From: Paraphysomonas bandaiensis
Taxonomy: Eukaryota > Protista > Chrysophyceae
Assembly (NCBI GenBank): GCA_965644295.1
Contig: CBFFRP010000395.1
Location: forward strand, 214,825 to 278,824
Length of the DNA stretch: 64,000 nt
Reading direction: 5' to 3'
In this document: positions 12,301 to 24,402 of the stretch, one piece after another
How positions within the stretch are numbered: position 1 is the stretch's first letter
Layout of the letters: every line of letters starts with the position of its first letter
Notes under the pieces: generated by a model
Databases searched by the model: none
Seen by the model: only the letters and a program-made list of their open reading frames with translations
What the model was told of the DNA's origin: nothing
Program-made: the position numbers and the translations under genes

Positions 12301-12448
12301 TATTAATGAGTATCATATCATGAGCATCAGTATGGTTATGTACGGCTTTATATACCGTCTGTTTACCTAATTTATTTAATAAGACATGGTGGATGATATG
12401 TAGTGATGTATGAAGATCAGTAGGAGAGGGTTGTTTGGTTGTATTCAT
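9320..12448 (-). CDS. Multi-exon EF-hand + tandem Tudor/Agenet-like + multiple IQ-motif protein
   Basis: EF-hand DSNNDGVISAKEF. Two Tudor-like units (FHVGDMVEC...YTVQFNGG.TESGV and FTRGDFVEV...YSVEYFDGSREAGV). IQ motifs LQARIRG, IQALLRG and VQALARG. ORFs 10631-12448, 10213-10671, 9683-10069 and 9320-9667 can be joined by short GT-AG introns. Confidence 0.75.
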
Positions 12449-13099
12449 TGTGTATAGCAGTGTGTGTGTGTATAGTATGAGTGTGTATGTGTGTGTATAG
12501 ATAGAGTTAGTTAGACATGTATATGTATGTATAGAGAGATTGAATGATAGATAGATTGAGGTGTGATTGTATAGATGATAAGGGAGAGAATCAGTGTGTG
12601 TGTATGAGGGTGATAATGATGATGGAGTGTGTTATGGTATGATACTTAAGGTGTTTAAGTAACAGTTATATATATATATACGTATCGGCATTCAGCATCT
12701 TATTTTTCGGAAATAAATTGAATCATAAATTATCTATATTTCTGCAATACAACTACGGCTGGAATACAGATAATTATTGCCTCAATATTAGAGGCATCTA
12801 TATATAGCAGTAGTGGATGTACAGTAGTGTACAGCAGTATCTATAGGTCTTTTATGTAATATTTCTTTGGTTTTTACAAAGGTTCCCATAGAAAACCTGA
12901 GATTCTAGGTTAAAATATACTGCTGTACATGTATTTTCACTATATATCGAAGGATTGTAGAGTACGGTTATGTATTCCATGGTATTTATCCTTGCTGTAT
13001 GGAACATACATACATATAAATATACACAACATACACGTACGCCATACGGCATGGTACTGTTGCTAGACACACTCTACCATACCATACTACGACGTACAC

Positions 13100-13272
13100 C
13101 ACACCCACCCATACATACATACAACCCACACATACATACACTCACTCATACACACACTCATACATACACTCACACATACATACACTCATACACCCACCCA
13201 CATATACATACATACATACATACATACATACATACATACATACATACATACATACATACATACATACATACA
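13100..13272. repeat. (CA)/(TACA)n microsatellite upstream of the beta-lactamase-family gene
   Basis: Directly visible. It produces the spurious HTYI N-terminus of ORF 12970-14403. Confidence 0.95.
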
Positions 13273-13389
13273 CTCAGCCATCTATCGAACTCAACTCATC
13301 CACAAGTTATTCATTCCATTACAATCTACCATCAACCTCTCCTTACATATCAAACCACATACTATCATCCTTCTATTCATATCCATCAA

Positions 13390-14989
13390 ATGGCACATTG
13401 GAAAGTTAATTATAAACCATATTATAAAGCAGCTGGAATGTTTGCTGGTGCATTATCATTCAGTGTATTATTTACATCAACTATATCTAATAAATCATAT
13501 CCATGTAAACCAGGAACATACACAGCAACTGTTCCTGCATTAGTTATATGGGGACCACATGGTAGAGGAGGTACAACATATGGATATGTTAAACCAGAAT
13601 TTGAAGAAGTACGAAGTGCATTTCATGAGAATTTTTCAAGAAATTTAGAAATGGGAAGTCAACTTGTAATTTATTATAAGGGTGAATTAGTAGTGGATTT
13701 ATATGGATTTTCTAGTCGTCAAGATTATTATGATATGAATACATTACAATCCATTGATGGATGTGGTATGAATATGGAATCATTATGTATTGCTGTATTA
13801 GCTGATCGTGGATTATTATCATATGATGATCCGGTTAGTAAATACTGGCCAGAGTTTGGTCAACACAGTAAAGATAAGGTTACTATTGCTGATGTACTCC
13901 GACATGAGGCTGGTGTTCCATTCTTTACTGATCCTAATGCTATGGATGATGCAACGAAAGATAAGCATTTAACTGAAAAGGATGTAAGGGATGTTGTCCC
14001 TCTTGAAAATGCCATAGCGGATTCTGGGAAATATGATCTTGATGGCACTCGCTTTTATCATGGCGTAACTAGGGGTTGGATCCTTTCAGCTATCGTCCGT
14101 AGAGTGGACCCTAAACACCGCAGTCTGACGGAATTCATGCGGGAGGAGATCTGTGAGCCTCTGGAGTTGAATATCCACTGCGGCATCTCGGCTGACAAAC
14201 AAAAAGATTTGACTTTCGCCAACTTGAGTAGCGTATCAGAAGTCTTTAAATGTCTATTTATGGTGTTACCCATGGCTGTGGGGTTCGGTGACGTTGGTGT
14301 CAATGGCGTGCTCAAAAACTACGGGACAAACCCCACTTTCCTACAGCGCACAGGTAGGCACATTAGTCGTGCAGAGTGTTATTCTAACTATTGTAGTACA
14401 TAATACGATACTGTATTGTACTATGTATGATGTGTAATGTGTGTGTACGTGTTTTTTGTGATTGCTTGTTTGTACAGTTGCGGCAGTGGATTTCCTATCT
14501 CAAGGCCTCACGTGGTACAATTCCCCACGGGCAAGAGAGGTTGAATTTCCATCAGGTAATATGCAAGCTAATGCCCGGTCGATAGCTCGGGCAAATACCG
14601 TTTTTACGAACGACGGTGTTGTGGATGGTAAACGTGTTCTCTCAAGTGACACCGTGAAGAAAGCACTTTCTGACCCGACAACAGTCTACGACGGGTTTCT
14701 GAAACTCAACACAGCATTAACGAAAGGTGGTTTCTGTGTGATGAAGGATACACGGGGAAGCACTGTGTCAAAAGATTTTGCCGAAACGTTTGACGGGTAT
14801 GTTGGGTGGGGTGGTCATGGTGGTTCTTTGTCTCTATTCAATCCTGAGAAGCAGATAAGTTTCGCGTACACGATGAATGCGAAGTCTGTTAACTGGATAG
14901 GAGGCGAGCGTGGGGAGAGAATAATGAAAGCATTAAATCTCTGCATTGAAGACATAGAAGAAGATGATGATTTGGAGGATGTTTACTGA
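13390..14989 (+). CDS. Beta-lactamase/serine-hydrolase family protein (class C-like esterase fold), probably catalytically inactive; intron 14354-14477
   Basis: Family motifs GYVKPEFEEVRSAF, GELVVDLYG, LSYDDPVSKYWPEF, VTIADVLRHEAG, FYHGVTRGWIL and GWGGHGGS. Removing the GTAGG...TGTACAG intron joins the two ORFs in frame. The SxxK position reads GCGM. Confidence 0.88.
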
Positions 14990-16301
14990 TAAGTTTGTTG
15001 CCATTAATGCGTACGACTCAATCGGAACGTAGTCATTTTGATTGTTTCTGGTAATGTAACAATGTCACTTTTTCCCGGCATTAATACGCGCTATGCTTTA
15101 AGCACGAAGTGAGTATATGAACTGATAAGTCTCGCTGCCTTGACTGAAAGAAATACACTATCTAAATATAGGATATAAACCTCATTACAAAAGCATCGGA
15201 ACAAAGAAATTTGCATGAACATTACAAGCAAATTTAAGAACGCAATCCGCTGTCTGCTTCTTATTCTACAATTAATTATAGTATTTCAACACTGGTTTCT
15301 AAATAAACTGAATTTTCCAAATATGTTACAAAGTTATCCTTCTTTCGCATCTTGCATATCTTCAGGTGATTTAAAATTAGATAACAAATTAAGAGCATGT
15401 AAGTATTAGGAATCCTTTTTAGCTTCTTATATTTTACCTATTCATTTTTAGTATTTGAATTATTTCTTGACATGTTGAAACTGAAGTCTATACTTATACA
15501 TAGTCCATAGTCCAATACATCAGCTAAATAAAGCAGTGTATGACATGAAGAGAAATTATTGACAACCTAGTGGTCTACATCAACATGCACCCCATCGATT
15601 AATATAAACTAGACCGAAGTACTAAATAAGTCATGCCAGTGTGTGCTCATATGGTATCATTTCTGATCATCATGGACTTTGTCCCTACAGAGATCATACT
15701 CTTTACTCAGCATTTTAGTTGATTTATGGGATCTATTATTGGACGTAGTCAATTAAGTGCAATTTCCTACTGACACCAGAAATAATGTAAAAACTTTGTC
15801 AAGGGGTTGAAAATATACAATAAATGATTCTTATTTTCCGTTTACAATGCCTAGGTTTTAAGTGTTAACGATATTTACCTAGCCATCAATTATTGGATGC
15901 CGATTCTGAAATATTGCTTTGACTAGACACCAAAATTAGTGTGTCTAAGTAATTCAACCAATTTGACTAGGTTGAATAATATTTTCCTACAATACTACAC
16001 ACATATTTCGCTCTGCATAATATATCATGATCTCAAAATGTTGTGTTCAATTTGGCTAATTACTGAGCAATTAAAAACTTAATCTTAAGCTTTTTGAATT
16101 GTAACCGTTGAATGAAGGGTACAGAAGATAATGGCAGTATTATATGAAGTTTAGTAAAACGGTATGAACTATATATGTTAGAAAACTGTAGAATACTGCC
16201 TGGTCGTGTATTGTTGTAAACACAATCATTGTATTACATGACAATGAATGCCGATACTGAGAATTAGTTGTGTTTAAGTTAAGTTCGTTACTTCTACTCT
16301 A

Positions 16302-16683
16302 TTCGTGGTGTTCTGGGGGATAAGTACCGGAGATATTTCTCCGGAAAACTTACGTGAGCCACATACATAGTTAACAGATACTGTTTTCCCACTCATAGCC
16401 AAATGTTTGTGTGGTACAAGGGTTACTAAAAAATGTCACTAGTGTAGACGTCTTTGGGCCTTGACGAATAAACAGGCATCCGGGAATGGGCCCACCCCAA
16501 GGGCATCCAGGGTATTGGGCTGCCTGCTGAAGTCAAGCATCCGGGCTAGTTCGCCTTATTGACAGAGAGCGAAAGTGGTTTCCCATGGTGACACACAAGC
16601 AGCATTCGTAGCGCCAAATAGTAGGACATCAGAGCTAAGCATTAGTTAAACTGTTTTGCAACAACGTTAGTTCTGACTCTTAC
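16302..16683 (+). mobile_element. Dispersed repeat family R1, copy B
   Basis: Colinear similarity with copies C and E. Contains the hairpin CCGGAGA-TATT-TCTCCGG at 16327-16344. Confidence 0.9.
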
Positions 16684-17214
16684 TTTTCCTTACTCTTTGG
16701 TCTGAAGTCAGAATTGTAGCCCAACAAAAAGTTACATCTTTTTTATTGTTCATATTTCTGCTCTTACGTACAACGTCCTGTATCAGGTATTGTCTTCTTA
16801 GTTCCTATTTCTTCTGTTCATAATACCCCAAATGGTATCAGAATGATTTCCCTGTTATCCTCTAATATCATCCTAATCTCGTCTCACACGTCCTAGAACT
16901 ACAGTAATTGTTCTATTTCAAGCAGAAATTCTATACAGACATAAGCATATACAAGGGATTATATGTTACATGTTAGAACAACCAAGTAGCTGGATGTTCC
17001 TACTTCAGTAAATCCACAACACTTTTCAAAATTTTAATACTTGTCCAGCATGATAATAACACTAGTTTTAATTATGCGACCTTGAAATAGCCTAGGTAGC
17101 AAAAAAGGAAAATTTTCACAAGTAACATATATTAGTTAAATTGTGACAAAAATCCAATAATTTAGATCCGTCATTCGGAAATCAGTTTCTACATCTGTGC
17201 TATCTTTAAATGCT

Positions 17215-20200
17215 TCAGGTGAGTGTCGATGCTAATTCCTTTTCAGATTGCTCCAACTTGAGTCTAAACTCCTCCGGGTCCATGCTCAGATCATCGCTCT
17301 CTAAGTTACTTACAAATTCCATGGCTGACCTGTAAGCGTATTCAATCACATAACATGGCACTGCTGTCAAATGCGATCTCCTACCGCATATTTATGAAAC
17401 AGTATCCAGCTCTCCCTCGTAGATGAACAGGGTTATGAAAACTCTGAATGTACTCGCAATTCGAGTACAATTGAGGGACATGACAGTGCATGACAACCCA
17501 TATCAGCAACGGTAGGAAGTCATCGGCCCCAGGGGCAGACTCACTTAAGTTTTCGTCTGTTTTCGCTCTCGCAAGATTTAGCGAGCGGAATATAACAGAC
17601 GCACAACGAGTCTATTAAAAAATCAGTCCAATCACCCAGGAAAGAAAATAGTCCTTACCACACAGGCGATCTTATCTGCTGGGGTGTGATATGAATTAAT
17701 TTTCTTCAACTCATCTCGTGCAAGTGTCCACACGAGGTCGTTTCGAAGCTCAGGCTTGATATCCAGAGCCTGTTCAGCAGTTAAGTACTTCTGAATGGCA
17801 GCTACAGTATCCTTACCTCAGCCTCTACAAAAGCAAGCAGTTTCATACGACGCAGGAGCTGCTCATCTTCTTCTGGACACTCAACACTCATAAAAGCATA
17901 CTTCCCGAGTTTAGTCATGATGTATTTTTCCAGACAGTCCCTAGCAGACACGTATCTTTCGTCTGACTGACCTCCCCAGACTGGATCTTGTCTCATATGT
18001 TCCACAATGGCCTCCATAAAATCATTACAACGGTCTGCAAGCCGATGCATCCCGTGGAATTCATAATCAAGCTGAGAAGTAGAGTCAGTATAAAAACCCA
18101 CGAACCATACAACCATAAGCATACCTTGTCACCTTGTTCAGGAGGTGTACAGTCACGTTTAGGCCCCAGCACACTCTCAATGAATTTTCTACATAGAGAT
18201 AGGAAACGTCAAGGTCAATTAGAAAGAGAAACATATGCATTACCTTATAGCGTTGACGATATTCTTGCTCTCTGGGTGCATGAGTTTGTTAATAAACTCC
18301 TGATAGTAGTAGACCTTCACGCAAAAAAGAATTAGAAAAATTTTTATACGTCAATTGTGTACATTCTGATTAGGATTGGGTTTCTTTTGTGACTCTCGAG
18401 CCCGTGTAGCTGTTGCGTTGTCATCATTGAAGAGTGCCTTAATCGATGTGGTATCTTGCTTTTGGGTGTCTCCATCTACACTAAACTGTCCTTCGAACAG
18501 CCCATGGGCATCCATCTTCTCCTGTGCTAATCCTGCTTCAGATCCAGAACGCTCTTTTGTTTCCTGTTCCTGGAACATGAATCCGGCGTACTCCGAAGTC
18601 GAAGAAAGGAACGTTGCATAGCTATCCAAGGATGAATTCTTAAAGCTGTCTCTGCGTTCACCAGAGTTCCTCCCACTATCTGAAAATAGTAGCGTGTCAA
18701 GATTCAGCCGATCTTCCGCTGAAAGGTCAGGGAATGGAGCAGAAGCAACAGTACTGTCATCTACCATTTCCTCCATCATACTCTCCACCTACACACCATA
18801 CGATATACAATCACAAACAGGGAGAAGACTGGGCAATGAACTCACTCTGCCAGCATCGAAACCCATGTCATCGAGGTTGTGTTTGAGCGTTGAAAGCTTA
18901 CGATCGTGATTATTAGACCAGATAGAGTTGCTCTTACTTCTAGAGTGAGATACAGAAGCTACTTCCGCCATCAACTCTGCAATGACCGCCTCTTTCGCCT
19001 TTACCTCACTCTGAAGGAAGGCCATCTGTCCACAAGAAAGCACGTCAGTATGAACAAGGAGCTTTACCAGATCGCACCTGAGCGCGGAGCTGCTCATTCT
19101 GCTCAGACAGCCCACTGAGTCCCATTTCTACCATATCTTCCTTCTGTGCTCCCCTTGCGTTATCACGGTTGTCGGGTATATCTGAGTCTTCACCGAAAAG
19201 TGCAGAAGCTGCACCTCGGGTCACTCGCTTGCTGGCCCGAGTGCTGAGCGGTGATGACACTGCCCCACTTGTTCCATCTCCCAGCTCTCTCAATACGGCA
19301 TACACATCCTCTTCTTCTCGCTCACCACTGCGATACCGACTCTCCGAAGGTGTACCCCGCCCAGGAGAAGATTGGCCACGATATACAGATAATTCCTTTT
19401 GCAGCGCTGCAATGCGGACCTCTCTCTCCCGCAACTGGTGAGTCAAGCTCGTAGCCTAAAAATCAGAGTCAATAACGCCATCGAAAACTTAATTGGATGT
19501 ACCTGAGCTCGCAGGTCGCTGTTCTCCTTAGCAACTTCTCGAAGCGTCGGTCCTCCTGTTGTATTTAACGAGAACATTTCGTCGGAACCCATCACCACGG
19601 GTAGGGAATCAGAGGCGTCACCGAAGAGGCTATCATTCCGTCCAATACCGGCAGTGCGATCCCGGGAATAGGTGCGAGTAGAATTCTGAGGAGATGCCGA
19701 AGGCAGACCCAGATCCAAGTCAAGTCCCTGCATGTACGGGTCGTCGTTCATCTTTCCGAAGAAGTCTTCCAGTTCCGCTAGCTCATCCTTCCCGCCCTTA
19801 GGGGGCTCCGCTGCTGAAGCAGGTGCATCAAAATTATCTTCTTTAGTTGGTTGAGGATTGAACTCTGCGCTCCCTGATAATGGTTCGTCTTCTAATTCTT
19901 CAGTAAGTCTGGTAGTGTCGGCAACTGGTGATATCTCTGAAGGAGGCCCTTCTCCTGGAGGCATCTCTGCATCAGTAGGTGCCTCAGATCCACTGGGCTG
20001 TGACTCAATGGACGAGGAAACTACGACAGCTACTTCGTCCAATTCAACTTCTATCTTAGCAGAGTGATCTTCAATAGGAACTACACAGGAAATTTCAACA
20101 TCATTCGTAACCTCTTGTTGTACTTCCACTGGTTCATCTGGAAGAGTATTCACTACTTTCTGAACAATATCATCCTCGTTGTTGGTAACTATATCTTTAC

Positions 20201-20726
20201 AACTACTCAGAGACGATGGCTCATCATTCGATAACGTGTTCCCAACAACTGTTTCCTCAGATATGCTGAGAGTTTCTATATTGGGTGTTGTTTCTGTATT
20301 CGTTTCACTTGAAGCCTCTGCAACAGTGACATCACAAACATTCTCTGCCTTCATCTCCTCCTCTTCAGATAAATAAACGGATCCATTTACATGTTCTTTC
20401 AATCCATTTTCTTGATTATCTTGTATTGATGTTGTTATAATAGTATCTGCTGCTGCTGAGGATGATGTAGTATGATTAGTAACCGCTATAGACTGTGTTA
20501 CTACTGTATGATCATGTGTATATATACGTGTATTATCTATACCGATCTTATTATTCATACAATGAACTTCAGCTGATACTTTTTCATATGAGAGTGTCCT
20601 CTTTTGATGTTGTGTATGCCTTTCAGGGGAGTGAACTACATGCGATGTTTCCTGTGGTGTTATATCACTATCTACTTCACCATTTAATGCTCTTCGTCTT
20701 GCTAATTTGGCTGCTAATTCTGCCAT
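17215..20726 (-). CDS. VPS9-domain Rab5 GEF with a long acidic/coiled-coil N-terminus (multi-exon)
   Basis: Spliced C-terminal exons give DCLEKYIMTKL, LKKINSYHTPADKIAC, APGADDFLPLLIWVV...LYSNCEYI...GRAGYCF and SAMEFVSNL. Stop codon at 17215-17217. Confidence 0.88.
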
Positions 20727-22156
20727 TAAAATCTATTAGATTAAGTGGGTATATAGTAGCATTTGATAGTATGGTATGAGAGTGTACATAACACAGTTAT
20801 AATATGAGCGAGTTATATGCCTATGTATACACAGCAGTGTACAGTAGCAGTCGTACGACACATACATAGAGTACATACATACACAATATCCTAGTGCTTG
20901 TATATGCATATATACTGTGTATACTAGTGCTTGTATGTTGTATATGCATACATACAGTACATACTGTACACATATACACAGTATACTACGTAGTGCTTGT
21001 AAACATATGTCGTAGTATACCTCCGTATAAGGTACTGTATACACAGTATTGAAATTACAGTTTTTTAGCGAATGTGTTTATACAGAGCAGTATACCATTG
21101 TATACCGTACTATCGCTCAACCAATCAGATCTGCCTATAACATAACATACACACATACACACACAATGTATACGATCGTCGTGTTTTCCCCAATTCAGCT
21201 TCCTAATAATGCAACACACCATGCACCACATATATAGACATGTATAGGAGAATAAGAAATATTGCATTCCTTTTGTTACTGCAGTAAGTAATGATGAGAC
21301 CAAATATATGATGATCGCAATAACCCCGCAGAAGTATATAACCAAAGCACATGTAGTGTTGCTAGAGGGCATACAGAAAATGCTATTAATATCGTTTAGA
21401 GGCAAGCATTTAGATCTAAATTAGTATACTCCCCGTCGATTCTTCATCACTGGTTAAAGGGTATTCACTGAAAGGATCATCCTTCTTGATCTGAATGCAT
21501 CTATAGTGAGGCTACTAGAGGTTTCGAAATGTTCAGCTGTATGTGTATATATCCTCATAGTCAAAAAACTAGTACAAGTTTCGTTGAATTCATGAACGAT
21601 GTTCGTAGCGTCATCCTCAAGAAGGGTTACTGTATAATGGAGCCTTTTCGCCCAATGAGGACTAAACATTCCCCACGACAGGTATTTGTCTACTTTGCTT
21701 GTTCTCAACATTATAGATAATAACTTGCATAGAGAGATATAAACCATTTACTCATAGGTTTTACTTCTAATCTGATTGCGGTCTCAATATAGGACTTCTG
21801 AGTATTGCGCAGGACAATTAAGTGAGGTGCTGCCCAGTCTAACTAGAAATATGTAATTTAAAAGCTACCATATTGGCAATCAGACTCTGAGCAGTTTGTC
21901 ACTGACGTATCAGTTTCTTGAGGTCAATAAGAGGTCAATAAGGGCATCACAGAAAGACTGAAACAATTATATTTAGATCTCTTGAGGTCCTTCCTTAGCA
22001 ATACGTAATCAAGTGAGGTTGTTGTGCGACTAATATCCGAATAATATTTGCATCCAGAGTTATTAAATTACAGAGAATAACGATGCACCTTGTGTAATCA
22101 AAATATTGACGAAAGCATTTTAAACGAAATGATTGAAGTAACAACTTAAAGTAGTA

Positions 22157-23760
22157 CTATACAGAAGACGACACTGTTTTACTTTTCTTCTCTATTTTAT
22201 CCAATGACTGAGCAATTGCCATCACTCTCGCTTCTTCTTTAGTGAAAATTCTATTTATCTGCATACGTACAATTACATAAAGAAACATCATATACTCAAC
22301 AATCTAACCATAGAAAATCTCTGGAAAAGTTCTGGTATATTCTTGATCTTTTCTTCGTCTGAAGGGGGTCTCCCGTATCGCTTCTCGAACTGGTGCTTCC
22401 ATGATGATATCTTCCTTTTTATATCGTTCTTCTCCGCTTCCATATCTTTCATTGAATCCAAACTGCCTTTAACATAATGGATAACTTCTGATCGATAGGG
22501 ACGGCTAGTAGGGCTCCGTAAAACGGCAGTCGTCTTTTCACTCTCAGTTGTTTTCACGATCTGTTAGAAAACATAAGAAATTGAGAATAATGAAAGCAGT
22601 AGCCACCTCGCCATTGTTCGAGGAATGCGGTTTGTCCTCAGAAAGAGAGGAGAGGACTTCAACAGCTGATGTGTCCAAAACTATCTCAGCGGGCGTTTTA
22701 TCAGGAGCTGCTTTGGTCTCGGAAGAATTTGAGCGCGGAACCTTTTTCTTTTTCTCTTTGGACTCTGCCCTCTCCACTGACATCCCAAGAGTAAATACAT
22801 GACATATCGTGTACTCCATATATTGTGTTTTACCTGTCGTTTGTAATAAAGTAGTCGGTGCGTAGTCAGATGCAACGTAGTGTTGGTCCTGAACATCATC
22901 ACAGTGCAGGACATCCCGCCAGAGCTTGCACACACAAGCCACAGTTTCGCGATCTAAATAGGACAGTACCACTCTTAACTCGTAGTTATTAAGAGTCCTA
23001 TCAAAAGTAAATTATCACAGCATTCAGTAGAGATAACGAATTACCTGATATATAGTCCACGTCTGTTTGTCTCGCATGTTTGAATCGAAGCAACAAGCTC
23101 TCTCTTTTCAGCAATGGATGCCTTAAGAATTCGTTTCTTCTGAGTCAGCTGATTTCGTAGCTTCAATATCATATTCTCCAGTTCCGTAATTTCTGTGACG
23201 CTAATACTACTAATCACAGAACTCACACCAGATAAACGCTTTTGAAGCTTTGTGAGTTGGCGGCGGTTATCCTCAAGCTGCTGTTTACTCTCGATTATAC
23301 GAGGGTTGAGTTCGTCCGGAACCGGGTCCTACAGAGTTATTGAGGCAAACATATAACATATCGAAAACGTACTTGTTCAATATTTACAATGTAGGTAAGA
23401 AGTTTATTCGTAAACCACGAATATGAATTATCCCACATGAAAACAAGAGTTCCAGCACAATTAAGTTGACAAGACCCACTGATGGTTTCGATATCGCTGC
23501 ATACTCGCTCAGGATAGACGACAATCTCCTCATCTCCATCGATAGAAATAAACGCAATACTAAAATTAATGTCACCATTCTCTGTGCAAAATTCATATGA
23601 GACTGTTGAATAAGGAGCTGCAATGGGAAGTGGAAGTAGCCATTCTTTATTAACATTGATATGTGATCCATTACACTTAAAAGAAAATGGACTTGTTTCC
23701 TGTAATGTCTGGTTATATAACATCATATTTCATTATATTTCATACTTCCGTTATATCCAT
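22157..23760 (-). CDS. Multi-exon protein with a GOLD domain, coiled coil, F-box-like motif and FAM13-like C-terminal helical motif
   Basis: GOLD: VSYEFCTENGDINFSI...GTLVFMWDNSYSWFTNKLLTY. F-box-like: VLSYLDRETVACVCKLWRDV. C-terminal: EKNDIKRKISSWKHQFEKRYGRPPSDEEK. Exon joins inferred from GT-AG pairs. Confidence 0.7.
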
Positions 23761-24402
23761 CTTGAATGAAGCTAATCTGGTTATTTACTATCAAACTCAA
23801 GTAGTTTATATCCAACTTACTAGATAAGACAATAAGGGCTCATATACTTATTGAATGTACAGTCTATGGTGATGTATAGGAGTGAGGGAGAGTTTGAGAG
23901 ATGAAAGATTGTTGTCTGGAAAGAATATAATGAATAATAATTCTTTTTATCTAATAATTGGCAAACTCTAGAACTATTTTGCATAAGGGTGTAAGACACA
24001 GCAGCTGTGTGTGTATATGTGTGTATATATATACAGTGTATGTACATGGATATATATATATAGCAATAGAGTGTGCAAAGTGAACCATATGTACAGAGAA
24101 TGTACATACCCATTCCAAAATATCGGGAATTTTATATAAAATTCTACCAAATTCAGTTCCATACTGGAAAATCTTACCGTTTTTTTATCTTTTCTACAAA
24201 AATCTGGAGATAAAGTGTACAATTAATGTTAAAAATACATACTTTCTAACTTCCACTTCTTACATTCATATGAGGACGAAGAGCGAAGTGATCAAAGCAT
24301 CTTCATCTATGCATGGTAAGTCCCTATAATATTAATTACTACAAATACTTCATATATAAACTATCGTAAAACTTGTACATATATATAAGCATATACAAGA
24401 AT

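Noticed and set aside
13390-14989. Antibiotic-resistance beta-lactamase or recent bacterial HGT
   Set aside because: The gene has a spliceosomal intron and the host-type 5' AT gradient, lacks SxxK, and belongs to a family that is widespread in eukaryotes.
16302-16683. tRNA-derived SINE, hammerhead retrozyme or solo LTR identity for repeat family R1
   Set aside because: I found no A/B boxes or cloverleaf, no CUGANGA...GAAA core and no TG...CA termini, so the family is left unclassified.
21400-22100. Short ORFs and small repeats between the VPS9 and GOLD genes (similar AT-rich stretches at 15000-16300 and 37150-38100)
   Set aside because: No recognisable motifs or termini. They may be decayed elements but this cannot be supported.
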